Of a stretch of DNA of 64,000 nucleotides, positions 36,782-46,993 are shown one piece after another. The first letter of the stretch is position 1; each line of letters starts with the position of its first letter. Below the pieces are notes generated by a model. That model worked only from the letters and a program-made list of their open reading frames with translations. It had not been told where the DNA came from and did not search any database. The stretch covers positions 25,277 to 89,276 of the forward strand of contig JAZOBJ010000035.1 in assembly GCA_045595895.1 (NCBI GenBank). Reading direction: 5' to 3'. Made by a program: the position numbers and the translations under genes. Source of the stretch: Candidatus Alloscybalousia sp. Lineage in GTDB: Bacteria > Bacillota_I > Bacilli_A > RF39 > UBA660.

Positions 36782-38286
36782 ATTATTTCTCCAATAATTG
36801 TTCTATTACCAATGTATCCAACTACTTTAACTTTATAAAATTCATCTAATTTTAGCTCCTTGTTTAAAATTACTACTCTTACTGGACATGTACCCATTTG
36901 TCTTAGAATTGAATCACCATCTTTATACATTTCCATTCTTAATTCGCTAATTTCTAAACCAATTGGAAAAACTTCTTTTAGCATTGGAACGATAAATTCA
37001 TTTTCTATTGTTTTACTCCAAAGATTAAATTCTTTTAAATCTTCTTCACTATAATTATCAAATTGTTCACCATAAGGAGAAGTTAATTTCCTAACAAAAA
37101 CTCTTCTTACCCAATTTCCAGAATTTAATATTTTATTAAAATTATCTAAATTATGTCTTAATGTATTTTCGTTTTGACCGTCTAATCCATAAATTATATT
37201 AATACCTGGAAGTAATTTAGGTAATCCGTTTTTTCCTCTTTCTTTCCCATATTTATTAATTATAGATATTGATTTATGAATATCATCTAAAGATCCATTT
37301 AAATTACATTTTTCTCTTATTATTGGATCAAATGATTCAATTCCAAAGGGTGTAATGTTTCCTGCTGTAGTATATTTAGCTACTAATTCAGTTATTTGCT
37401 CACCGGATTCTGTATTTACATTATGGGGACTAACATTATCAATATGTAACGTTTTAATATTTGGACAAGCACTCCAAATTCCTTTAAATAAGTTTTCTAT
37501 TTCTTCTACATTACAATTCTTATAGGCATAAAAATTTGGTTGCCTTCCTAATCTAAAATATAAGGCTCCATTAGCATATAAACTATTAATTTCATCTATA
37601 ATATCTTCTTTTTCCCTAAACTGTAATGGCAAACCTCTCATTCCTTCTATACAAAATGTACAACCAGGATTTCTATTACATCCTGTAGCAGTTTCTATCT
37701 CAATTACTAGTGGTCTTTCTATTTGTTCTAATACACTTGATGAATCAATTGCAATTTGTCTTAACTTATCATAATTTGGTTTAAACTTATTACCACTTTC
37801 TCCAATAAAATAATTATAAGTATTACCAAAAATAATATCATTAAATAAATTGCTAGGTACTGTTTTCCTAATATTTTCTCTTGTTAATTCACTTCCACCA
37901 AGAGAATAAAATAATAATTTATTAGTTTCTTTGTTACAGAAAAGATTTAATAATTTTTCTACTTCTAAAAAAGTAGGAGGTTCTGCTGAAACATATTCAT
38001 ATTTAACAAAACATCCCATTACAACATAAATATTTGTTGCATTTTTCAATATTTCTGAAACATTGTTAGCATTTTTTGTTTTATTTATTATTCTTTTATT
38101 ATATGAACTATCAAAATGTTTTTCTCCATTTGCAAAACGTAAATCATCAATTGTTAAATAATAATAGTTAACATTTTTATTTTTTAAAGCACCTGCTATA
38201 TATCTAGAATGTACACTTAAATATGGTGGTACGCCTAATCCTGATGGTTCATCCGTATAACAATCTATTATTACATCATATTTCAT
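36778..38286 (-). CDS. Radical-SAM-like protein with non-canonical CX5CX2C cluster motif, N-terminal flavodoxin/B12-like region and TRAM-like C-terminal barrel
   Basis: VIEIETATGCNRNPGCTFCIEG. C-terminal CPVRVVILNK...YKVKVVGYIGNRTIIGEII resembles a TRAM domain. Architecture echoes MiaB/RimO-type enzymes, but the sequence is highly divergent. Confidence 0.45.
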   Translation of the reverse strand: MKYDVIIDCYTDEPSGLGVPPYLSVHSRYIAGALKNKNVNYYYLTIDDLRFANGEKHFDSSYNKRIINKTKNANNVSEILKNATNIYVVMGCFVKYEYVSAEPPTFLEVEKLLNLFCNKETNKLLFYSLGGSELTRENIRKTVPSNLFNDIIFGNTYNYFIGESGNKFKPNYDKLRQIAIDSSSVLEQIERPLVIEIETATGCNRNPGCTFCIEGMRGLPLQFREKEDIIDEINSLYANGALYFRLGRQPNFYAYKNCNVEEIENLFKGIWSACPNIKTLHIDNVSPHNVNTESGEQITELVAKYTTAGNITPFGIESFDPIIREKCNLNGSLDDIHKSISIINKYGKERGKNGLPKLLPGINIIYGLDGQNENTLRHNLDNFNKILNSGNWVRRVFVRKLTSPYGEQFDNYSEEDLKEFNLWSKTIENEFIVPMLKEVFPIGLEISELRMEMYKDGDSILRQMGTCPVRVVILNKELKLDEFYKVKVVGYIGNRTIIGEII

Positions 38287-38299
38287 CTTAAATTCCTCC

Positions 38300-38794
38300 T
38301 TAATCGATTAAAGTTATAACATGAAATGGAATTACCTTTTCTTTTAGTTCTGATAGCGCCAAAAATAATATATCATGTGTATCATCAATTAGAATAGCTA
38401 ATTCACATTCGTTCGAATCTAATTTTTCTCTTATTTTATCAATTTTTATTTTCTTTCTAGATTCAAAGTTTTGTGATAAAACAAAAATTTTATTTTTTTC
38501 TTTAATATATGGCATATATTTGTCAAGCCACAAACTTTTTTCCTCTGCTTGTTCTTTATATAAGCATGAACTTAATATAAACATTTCACAATCTATTTCA
38601 TCATTAATCCTTTGTAAATTATTTATTGTAGTATATATAGGTCTCTTATTTAAATATAGTCCAGGTTTATTGTTCTTTATATTTTCTCCTTCTCCAAACC
38701 TGTAATCTGCTATTACTCCATCCATATCTACAAAAATAGAAATTTTCTTAGAATTGTTTTTTATTATTTTTTTTATTTCTTCTAACAAATACAT
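38300..38794 (-). CDS. HAD-superfamily 5'(3')-deoxyribonucleotidase-like (NT5C/YorS family)
   Basis: Motif I ISIFVDMDGVIADY (DxDGV) near the N-terminus, typical of the NT5C family. 164 aa. Confidence 0.55.
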   Translation of the reverse strand: MYLLEEIKKIIKNNSKKISIFVDMDGVIADYRFGEGENIKNNKPGLYLNKRPIYTTINNLQRINDEIDCEMFILSSCLYKEQAEEKSLWLDKYMPYIKEKNKIFVLSQNFESRKKIKIDKIREKLDSNECELAILIDDTHDILFLALSELKEKVIPFHVITLID

Positions 38795-38850
38795 AGAATA
38801 CCTCCAATTAACTATATTATAACATAAATATGAACTTTTTTAATACTATC

Positions 38851-38880
38851 AAAAAGACCAAGATTTTGAAATCTTAGTCT
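38851..38880 (-). terminator. Rho-independent terminator of ppdK
   Basis: AGACCAAGATTT-TG-AAATCTTAGTCT hairpin followed on the minus strand by UUUUUGAUAG. Confidence 0.6.
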
Positions 38881-39014
38881 AATTTATATGTATATATCTA
38901 TTATCATAGGTTCTTTTAACCTAACATTTTTTAATTCTGGTATTTTATCAGAATACCTTTTAACATCATCATTTGTAATGATTAAGCGTGTTAAGAACAG
39001 GTCGTTTTCGCGGA

Positions 39015-41645
39015 CTAATTGTTCTCCTTTTCGCGTATAACCGCTTGAGCAGCAGCTAAACGAGCAAGTGGTACTCTGAATGGGCTACAAGATACATAAG
39101 TAAGTCCTAGTTTGTGACAGAATTCAACACTTGATGGTTCACCACCGTGTTCACCACAGATACCAAGTTTGATATCAGGTCTTACACTTCTACCTTTTTC
39201 AACTGCAATTTTCATAAGTTCACCAACACCTTCTTGGTCAACTTTAGCAAATGGATCACTTTCGAAAATAGCTTTTGAATAGTAATCTTCTAAGAATTTA
39301 CCAGCATCATCTCTTGAGAATCCATAAGTCATTTGAGTTAAATCGTTAGTTCCAAATGAGAAGAATTCAGCTTCTTCAGCAATTTTATCTGCAGTAAGTG
39401 CAGCTCTTGGGATTTCAATCATTGTTCCTACATGGTATTTTAATTCAACACCACTATTTTTAATAATTTCGTCAGCTGTTTCAACTACTACATTTTTAAC
39501 ATACTTAAGTTCGTTAATATCTCCTATTAATGGAATCATGATTTCAGGAGTAACATTTAATCCTTCCTTATTTACATTAATTGCAGCTTCAATAACAGCA
39601 CGAGTTTGCATTTTAGCTATTTCTGGATAAGTTACAGCTAAACGGCATCCACGATGTCCCATCATTGGGTTAAATTCTTTTAATGATTCAACACGTGCTT
39701 TTAAGGCTTCAAATGTCATACCTAAACTTTCTGCTAAAGGTTTAATTTCTTCATCAGTGTGAGGTAAAAATTCATGTAGAGGTGGATCTAAGAAACGAAT
39801 AGTAACTCCATATCCTTCCATAGCTCTAAATAATCCTTCAAAGTCATCTCTTTGATAAGGTAAGATTTTTTCTAAAGCTTCTTCTCTAGCTTCTAGAGTT
39901 TCAGCTGTAATCATACGTCTGAAGTTGAAAATTCTATCAGCTTCAAAGAACATGTGTTCAGTACGGCAAAGACCGATTCCTTCAGCTCCAAATTTTCTAG
40001 CTTGAATAGCATCTTTTGGAGAATCAGCATTTGTTCTTACTTTTAGAGTACGAATTGCATCTGCCCAAGACATAAATGTTTCGAAATCTCCTGAAATTGA
40101 TGGTTCTACAGTTTTAACTTGGCAACCATATACATTACCAGTTGAACCATCTAAACTCATCCAATCACCTTCACGGTAAACATTACCATTTGGTGCAGTT
40201 ACTGTTTTGTTTTCTTCATCTATTTTTAATGAACCACATCCAGATACACAGCAAGTACCCATTCCACGTGCAACAACAGCAGCATGTGATGTCATACCTC
40301 CACGGATAGTTAAGATACCATGTGCAATATTCATTCCTTCAATATCTTCTGGACTAGTTTCAAGACGAACTAATAAGATATCTTTTTCTCCAGCTTCTTT
40401 AGCTTTAATAACATCTTCAGCTGTGAAATATATTTTACCTGTAGCAGCTCCTGGAGATGCAGCAAGTCCTTTAGCAATTACTTCACTAGCTTTTAAAGAT
40501 TCAGTATCAAAGTTAGGATGTAATAATTGGTCTAATTGTTTAGGCTCTACCTTAAGAATTGCTTCTTCTTTAGTTAACATTCCTTCGTTTACTAAATCAA
40601 CTGCGATTTTAAGTGCAGCAGCAGCAGTTCTTTTACCATTTCTAGTTTGTAGCATGAATAATTTACCATCTTCAATAGTAAATTCCATATCTTGCATATC
40701 TTTATAATGGTTTTCTAGAATATCACAAATTTTAACAAATTCATTATAACATTCAGGCATAGTTTCTCTTAATGTTTCAATTGATTGTGGTGTACGAATA
40801 CCAGCAACAACGTCTTCACCTTGAGCGTTCATTAAGTATTCACCGAATAATTTCTTTTCTCCTGTAGCAGGATTACGAGTAAATGCAACACCTGTACCAG
40901 ATGTCTCTCCACGGTTACCATATACCATTTCTTGAACGTTAACTGCAGTTCCCCAACTAGATGGAATATCATTTAATCTTCTATATGTGATAGCACGGTC
41001 ATTATTCCAGCTTCTAAATACAGCTTTGATTGCTTCCATTAATTGAACTTTTGGTTCTTGTGGGAAATCTACTCCTGCATGTTTTTTATATTCTTCTTTA
41101 TAGATATTAACTACTTCCATTAGATCTTCAGCAGTTAATTCTGTATCAAATTCAACATTTTTTTCTTCTTTGATTTTATCAAATAATCTTTCAAATGAGC
41201 TTTTTGGGAATCCCATAACTACATCTGCAAACATTTGAATAAATCTACGGTAAGAATCGTATACAAATCTTGGATTATTTGTAACTTCACTAAATCCCTT
41301 AGCTACTTCATCATTTAAACCTAAGTTTAATACAGTATCCATCATACCTGGCATTGAAGCTCTTGCACCACTTCTTACAGATACTAATAATGGATTTTTG
41401 TTATCACCAAATGTTTTACCAGTGATTTGTTGTAATTCATTAATTTTTTCTTCAATTTCATTTATGATTTCTGGTGCTATATCTTTACCATCCTCATAAT
41501 ATCTAGTACATGCTTCTGTTGTAACAGTAAATCCTCTTGGTACTGGTAAACCAATACTAGTCATTTCTGCTAGGTTAGCACCTTTACCTCCAAGAAGGTT
41601 ACGCATGTCCTTATTTCCTTCACTAAACAAGTAAACGTATTTCAT
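39015..41645 (-). CDS. ppdK: Pyruvate, phosphate dikinase
   Basis: 876 aa. N-terminal MKYVYLFSEGNKDMRNLLGGKGANLAEMTSIGLPVPRGF, central phospho-His domain, C-terminal PEP/pyruvate-binding TIM domain. Confidence 0.95.
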   Translation of the reverse strand: MKYVYLFSEGNKDMRNLLGGKGANLAEMTSIGLPVPRGFTVTTEACTRYYEDGKDIAPEIINEIEEKINELQQITGKTFGDNKNPLLVSVRSGARASMPGMMDTVLNLGLNDEVAKGFSEVTNNPRFVYDSYRRFIQMFADVVMGFPKSSFERLFDKIKEEKNVEFDTELTAEDLMEVVNIYKEEYKKHAGVDFPQEPKVQLMEAIKAVFRSWNNDRAITYRRLNDIPSSWGTAVNVQEMVYGNRGETSGTGVAFTRNPATGEKKLFGEYLMNAQGEDVVAGIRTPQSIETLRETMPECYNEFVKICDILENHYKDMQDMEFTIEDGKLFMLQTRNGKRTAAAALKIAVDLVNEGMLTKEEAILKVEPKQLDQLLHPNFDTESLKASEVIAKGLAASPGAATGKIYFTAEDVIKAKEAGEKDILLVRLETSPEDIEGMNIAHGILTIRGGMTSHAAVVARGMGTCCVSGCGSLKIDEENKTVTAPNGNVYREGDWMSLDGSTGNVYGCQVKTVEPSISGDFETFMSWADAIRTLKVRTNADSPKDAIQARKFGAEGIGLCRTEHMFFEADRIFNFRRMITAETLEAREEALEKILPYQRDDFEGLFRAMEGYGVTIRFLDPPLHEFLPHTDEEIKPLAESLGMTFEALKARVESLKEFNPMMGHRGCRLAVTYPEIAKMQTRAVIEAAINVNKEGLNVTPEIMIPLIGDINELKYVKNVVVETADEIIKNSGVELKYHVGTMIEIPRAALTADKIAEEAEFFSFGTNDLTQMTYGFSRDDAGKFLEDYYSKAIFESDPFAKVDQEGVGELMKIAVEKGRSVRPDIKLGICGEHGGEPSSVEFCHKLGLTYVSCSPFRVPLARLAAAQAVIREKENN

Positions 41646-41750
41646 ATCATCATCCCTTCCGCATTTTTACCTGCATTCCTAGTATAGCAAAAAAAAATGT
41701 CTAAAACAATTTAAAATGCTTGATTTTACTGTTTTTTGACATTTATTTTA

Positions 41751-43778
41751 TTATTTTTCGTATTTACATTCTGGATTACTACATTTAATCTTCTTATTTT
41801 TTTCAGTTAGTAAGCTATTGCATTGAGGACAAGTTTCACCTGTTGGTATGTCCCAAGTAGCTATTTTACATTTTGGATAATTATTGCATCCATAGAAAAC
41901 TTTACCTTTTCTAGTAGTTTTTTCAATAATCTTGCCTTGCTTACAGATTGGACAATCCATAATCTCTTTAATTTCTTTTTGTTCCTTTTTAATGTATTTA
42001 CATTCTGGGTAATTACTACATGCTGTAAATTCTCCAAAACGTCCTTTTCTTACTACTAAAGGATTACCACATTCTGGACAAGTTTCACCTGTTTCTTGTG
42101 GTTTAGCTTTTTCCATTTCACCGAATGCTTGTTTTAAAATAGGATCAAACTTTTGATAGAACTCAGTTAATACTTCAATGTTGTTTGCTTCATGAGATGC
42201 AATTTTATCTAGATCATCTTCCATGTTAGCAGTATATTCTACATTAATAATATCTTTAAAGAACTCTTGTAGTTTATCTGTTACTTCAAATCCAATATCG
42301 GTTGGAACAAATTTTTTTTCCTCAACATTAACATAACCACGATCACGAATATTACTAATAATAGTTGCGTAAGTAGATGGTCTTCCAATTCCTAGTTTTT
42401 CCATCTCTTGAATTAGTTTTGCTTCTGTATAACGTGCAGGTGGATTTGTAAAATGTTGTTTCTTTTCTATATTATCTGTTTGATAAATTTTTTCATTAAA
42501 TTCTGGCAATACTTTATCTTCACTTGATTCATAATCAGCATATACCTTTAGGTAACCATCAAATACTAATACTTGACCAGTTGTTTTAAAATGATAATCT
42601 TCATTATTTAATACTACTGTTGTTTGATTTACTTTTGCTTCTGCCATGATTGAAGCTAAGGCGCGATAATAGATCATTCTATATAATTTATATTCATCTG
42701 GTGATAAATACTCTCTTACTTTATCTGGGGTTCTCAATACACTTGTTGGACGAATTGCTTCGTGAGCATCTTGAACATTATCTGTTTTTTTAGAAACTTT
42801 TACTTTACCTACATATTCTTTACCATATGTATTTTCAATATAGTTTTTACCACTACCAATAAATTCATCTGATAAACGAATTGAATCAGTTCTCATGTAA
42901 GTAATTAAACCGACTGTTTCATTACCTAAGTCTACACCTTCATATAATTTTTGAGCTAAACTCATTGTTTTCTTTGCTGGAAAACCTAATTTAGTGGATG
43001 CTTCTTGTTGTAAGGTACTAGTTATAAATGGAGGTTTACTATTTTTATTTTTTAACTTTTCTTCAATATTTAATAATTCATAATTGTTAGTTAATTTACT
43101 TAGAATATTATCTGCTTCTTGCTCTGTATTAATTTCTAGTTTTTTATCTTTATATTCAAACAAATCAGCTTCAAATTCATCAAAAATCGAAGTAATAGTC
43201 CAATATTCTTCTGGAATGAATGCTTTAATCTCTCTTTCTCTATCAACTATTAACTTTAATGCGACACTTTGAACACGTCCAGCACTAGTTCCACCAGTTT
43301 TAGATTGCATCAATTTAGATAGTCTGAAACCTATAATACGATCTAGGATTCTTCTTGTTTCTTGACTTTTTACTAAATCATCATCTATTTTTCTTGTTTC
43401 TTTAAAAGCCTCAATTACTTTATCATGAGTGATTTCATGAAATAAAACACGCTCATAGTTTTTATCTTTAATTCCTAACGCATCTTTTAAATGCCAACTA
43501 ATAGCTTCCCCTTCACGGTCAGGGTCGGTTGCCAGGTATACCATATTGGCTTCTTTTACTTCTTTTTTTAATTCACTCACTAATTTCTTTTTACCATTAA
43601 TATATGTATAACTTGGTTCGAAGTTATTTTCAATATCTACTCCAAGTCCATATTTACCAGTTGTAGCTAGGTCTCTAATATGACCTTTAGATGAAACTAC
43701 CTTATAGTCACTACCTAAATATTTTTCAATAGTTTTACTTTTAGCTGGGGACTCCACTATTACTAAATTTTTTGCCAC
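41751..43778 (-). CDS. topA: DNA topoisomerase I with C-terminal C4 zinc-ribbon repeats
   Basis: TOPRIM N-terminus (LVIVESPAKSKTIEKYLG), active-site Tyr region, and three C-terminal CxxC...CxxC ribbons. Confidence 0.95.
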   Translation of the reverse strand: MAKNLVIVESPAKSKTIEKYLGSDYKVVSSKGHIRDLATTGKYGLGVDIENNFEPSYTYINGKKKLVSELKKEVKEANMVYLATDPDREGEAISWHLKDALGIKDKNYERVLFHEITHDKVIEAFKETRKIDDDLVKSQETRRILDRIIGFRLSKLMQSKTGGTSAGRVQSVALKLIVDREREIKAFIPEEYWTITSIFDEFEADLFEYKDKKLEINTEQEADNILSKLTNNYELLNIEEKLKNKNSKPPFITSTLQQEASTKLGFPAKKTMSLAQKLYEGVDLGNETVGLITYMRTDSIRLSDEFIGSGKNYIENTYGKEYVGKVKVSKKTDNVQDAHEAIRPTSVLRTPDKVREYLSPDEYKLYRMIYYRALASIMAEAKVNQTTVVLNNEDYHFKTTGQVLVFDGYLKVYADYESSEDKVLPEFNEKIYQTDNIEKKQHFTNPPARYTEAKLIQEMEKLGIGRPSTYATIISNIRDRGYVNVEEKKFVPTDIGFEVTDKLQEFFKDIINVEYTANMEDDLDKIASHEANNIEVLTEFYQKFDPILKQAFGEMEKAKPQETGETCPECGNPLVVRKGRFGEFTACSNYPECKYIKKEQKEIKEIMDCPICKQGKIIEKTTRKGKVFYGCNNYPKCKIATWDIPTGETCPQCNSLLTEKNKKIKCSNPECKYEK

Positions 43779-43867
43779 AAAATCACGTCCTTCATTAATT
43801 TTATACTCGTTATTTTATCTTTTGTCAACTTTAACCCTGATAATATTATACATAAGTATGTGTCAAT

Positions 43868-44488
43868 TTACTTTAAATTATTTAAAATTTGTTTATATTT
43901 TTTATTTACTTCATTAAAGTCAATTAGTTTTAAGAAATTATTTATATAATCTTTTCTATTATTTCGATAATCTAAGTAATATGCATGTTCCCAAACATCA
44001 ATATTTAAAATTGGAATCATTCCAAAACTATATGGACTATCTTGATTAGGTAAATCTAATAGATATAATTCTTTACTAGGTTTTACTACTAAGAAGGTAT
44101 AACCTGATCCTGGTAATAACGATGCCAGACTAATGAATTGATTAACAAAATCAGTAATACTACCAAATTTTTCTATTAAAGCACTATTTAATGGTTCAGG
44201 AATTATACCATTACCATTAGGCGTCATACTATCAAAATATAGTTCATGATTTACTACTCCACCAGCATTAAATAATATTTCATCTCTATCTTTAATAGGA
44301 AATATATCAATGTTTTTAAATAAATTCTCAACTGAATACTGAAATTTAAAATTATTCTTTATTAATACATCATTTAAATTTTTTAGATATTTTAGATAAT
44401 GACTATTGTAATGTGTTTCAAGTGTTACTCTACTGATATTTGGCTCTAAAGCATTATAATCATATTTTAAGATATATGGTTCATACAT
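43868..44488 (-). CDS. sodA: Fe/Mn superoxide dismutase
   Basis: DVWEHAYYLDYRNNRKDYI C-terminal signature and N-terminal His ligands. Confidence 0.9.
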   Translation of the reverse strand: MYEPYILKYDYNALEPNISRVTLETHYNSHYLKYLKNLNDVLIKNNFKFQYSVENLFKNIDIFPIKDRDEILFNAGGVVNHELYFDSMTPNGNGIIPEPLNSALIEKFGSITDFVNQFISLASLLPGSGYTFLVVKPSKELYLLDLPNQDSPYSFGMIPILNIDVWEHAYYLDYRNNRKDYINNFLKLIDFNEVNKKYKQILNNLK

Positions 44489-44533
44489 ATAATTTTCCTC
44501 CTAAAAAATTATATGAAAAAGAGAAAGAATAAT

Positions 44534-45007
44534 TTATCTTTCTCCTATTTTTTTAGTTTTTGATTTTAATTTTAGTATTTCACTAATCATATCTTGAGGT
44601 AATGGAAGTGTAACTAAATCATATAAAGCTGATTCATTTTGATTTCCATTTATACTATATATATCTGAATAAAACTTTTTAATTGTTCCAAATGTTTCAA
44701 TAGCTTGATATACATTTACACTTTTACTAAAATTATTATTCTGTATATGATTAATATGTCCCTCTAAAATTTGAAATAATCCACCAATTGAATTATTAAT
44801 AATATCAATATTACCATTATTATAATCCATTAATAATCTTCTAAATGTTTCTTTACCACCAATTAGTGCAAATGTTTCTTCTGGAAAATACTTACTATTA
44901 TAAGTATCCATTTCTGCTGATTCTGCTTGCCTTAATAATTTAAAGAAATTTATAAGTGCGTAAACTTCACATTCTATTTGTCTATCTTTAAAAAATTCTT
45001 CCGTCAT
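44534..45007 (-). CDS. Hypothetical protein (157 aa)
   Basis: ORF only, no motif recognised. Confidence 0.35.
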   Translation of the reverse strand: MTEEFFKDRQIECEVYALINFFKLLRQAESAEMDTYNSKYFPEETFALIGGKETFRRLLMDYNNGNIDIINNSIGGLFQILEGHINHIQNNNFSKSVNVYQAIETFGTIKKFYSDIYSINGNQNESALYDLVTLPLPQDMISEILKLKSKTKKIGER

Positions 45008-45057
45008 AAATAAACCACCCTTACTACTAATAATATTCTAACAACTTTATTTTTCTT

Positions 45058-45681
45058 TTACAAGTTTTTAGCTACAATTTCTGAAATTGGTTTAAATGTT
45101 TTACGATATCCTTCAATAAGTCCATATTTCTCAATTGCTTCTATATGTTTTTTTGTTGGATACCCTTTATGTGACTTAAAACCATACATTGGGTATTTTT
45201 TATCAAGTTCAATCATCATTCTATCTCTTGTTACTTTTGCTATTACACTAGCAGCTGCAATTGAAATACTTTTGGCATCGCCTTTTATTATTGAAGTACT
45301 AGGCATTTCTAAATTTTCTAATTTCATAGCATCTATTAATACATGTTCTGGTTTGATACTACTATTATTTATTGATTGATACATAGCTAATTTTGTAGCT
45401 TCATAGATGTTAACATCATCTATTACTTTTTCATCCATCATACCTACACTAACACTTAATGCGTGTTCCATGATGTAATCATAATACTCTTCTCTTTTTT
45501 TCTCTGTTAATTTTTTTGAATCATTTAATCCATCAAGCTTAAATTCTTTTGGTAATACTACACACGCTGTTACTACTGGTCCTATTAATGGTCCTCTTCC
45601 TACTTCATCAACACCACCAATATAATTTATACCTGAGGTCCATAATTCTTTTTCATATTTATATAAATCTATTTTTTCCAT
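45058..45681 (-). CDS. rnhB: Ribonuclease HII
   Basis: GVDEVGRGPLIGPVVTACVVLP (DEVGRG) catalytic motif. Confidence 0.9.
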   Translation of the reverse strand: MEKIDLYKYEKELWTSGINYIGGVDEVGRGPLIGPVVTACVVLPKEFKLDGLNDSKKLTEKKREEYYDYIMEHALSVSVGMMDEKVIDDVNIYEATKLAMYQSINNSSIKPEHVLIDAMKLENLEMPSTSIIKGDAKSISIAAASVIAKVTRDRMMIELDKKYPMYGFKSHKGYPTKKHIEAIEKYGLIEGYRKTFKPISEIVAKNL

Positions 45682-45762
45682 TTTATTTCACCTTTTCTTA
45701 TTATAAAACTAATTATAATTTCAAACAAGAAAAAACGGAGATAAAATCTCCATTAATTAAAC

Positions 45763-46104
45763 TTATTTAGTTTTTTTAAATTTACTAAGTACTTTTTGAA
45801 ATGTTTCTTTTCTTTTTTGTTTTTTATCTCGATTTATTTTAAATTTAATAAATTCTTTATAACTCATAGCTTTTACAATCTTTACATCTAAATTTTGCAT
45901 TTTTTCAGTATATGCTAATTTTGCTTCTTCTGTTTTACCATTTTCTGGCATCTTAGTATATAGTAATTCTTCCCAATCTTTATCTACTTTATAGTTAAAG
46001 ATCATTCTCTTTAGTATTTGTAAAAGCTCTTTATCAGTTAAACTTTCAACATCAACTGTATAGTCTTTTAAGTACTCTTTTAATTTTAATAGTTGTTCTT
46101 CCAT
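45763..46104 (-). CDS. Hypothetical Lys-rich small protein (113 aa) between rbgA and rnhB
   Basis: ORF only. Confidence 0.35.
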   Translation of the reverse strand: MEEQLLKLKEYLKDYTVDVESLTDKELLQILKRMIFNYKVDKDWEELLYTKMPENGKTEEAKLAYTEKMQNLDVKIVKAMSYKEFIKFKINRDKKQKRKETFQKVLSKFKKTK

Positions 46105-46116
46105 AAAACCTCCATA

Positions 46117-46977
46117 TTATATACGATCTAAAGTTATTTTACCAAAATTTCCGTCCTTTAAATCTCGAATAATTATATTATACACTTTTTCGTAATTAAT
46201 GCTACCCCCTTTTTGTAGGGCACCTCTTTTTTTAGCTATTTCATCTAAAGTAATTTCGATGTTATCAAAATCAATATTTTCTAGTTTATATCGTTCTTTT
46301 AATTTTTCTGGATATAAATCATTCATGATTTTCAAGATAAAAAGTGCTAAGTCTTGACTAACTAATATTTCTTCTTTGATTGAAGATAAACTAGCTAAGA
46401 TTGAAGCTTGATGTTGGTCTTGTAACTTAGGCCATAAGATACCTGGTGAATCTAATAAATCTATATCTTTATGAATTCTAATCCATCCTAAGTTTTTAGT
46501 TACACCTGGTTTATCACCAATACTAACTACTTTTTTACCAACCAAACGATTGATTAAAGTACTCTTACCAACATTTGGTGATCCTACTACTAAAGCGCGA
46601 ATGTTTCTTGGTTTTAATCCCTTCTCTTTTCTTTTTTCGTTCATTTCTTTTAATAGTGATTCACTTTCAGTTATAATTCTATTTACATTTTTACCATTCA
46701 TTAAATCAACAGTAATTACAGTGTAACCTTTTTCTTTATACATGTTTAGTATTTTATCAGTTTCAACAGTATCACATAAATCATATTTAGTTACAATTAA
46801 TAGTCTAGGTTTATTTTTTACTAGTTCATCAATATCAATTATTTTAGAACTAATGGGCATTCTAGCATCTACTACTTCATAAATAATATCTATTAAGTCT
46901 AATTTTTCTTTTATCTCTCTTCTGGTTTTAGCCATGTGACCAGGATACCAGTTGATGTTTGTTTTATTTTCGTTCAT
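46117..46977 (-). CDS. rbgA: Ribosome biogenesis GTPase A (YlqF/RbgA), circularly permuted GTPase
   Basis: G4 (TKYDL) precedes G1 ([16 protein letters not shown]). N-terminal [12 protein letters not shown]. Confidence 0.85.
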   Translation of the reverse strand: MNENKTNINWYPGHMAKTRREIKEKLDLIDIIYEVVDARMPISSKIIDIDELVKNKPRLLIVTKYDLCDTVETDKILNMYKEKGYTVITVDLMNGKNVNRIITESESLLKEMNEKRKEKGLKPRNIRALVVGSPNVGKSTLINRLVGKKVVSIGDKPGVTKNLGWIRIHKDIDLLDSPGILWPKLQDQHQASILASLSSIKEEILVSQDLALFILKIMNDLYPEKLKERYKLENIDFDNIEITLDEIAKKRGALQKGGSINYEKVYNIIIRDLKDGNFGKITLDRI

Positions 46978-46993
46978 ATTATCACAACCTTTA

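Noticed and set aside
33004-38794. Interpreting the 7-gene nucleotide operon as a prophage remnant
   Set aside because: No integrase, terminase, capsid or tail genes, and no att-like direct repeats. Flanks are ppdK and c-di-GMP genes. GC and codon usage look native. Phage ancestry of individual genes (NT5C, MazG, dNMP kinase) remains possible but not as an intact prophage.
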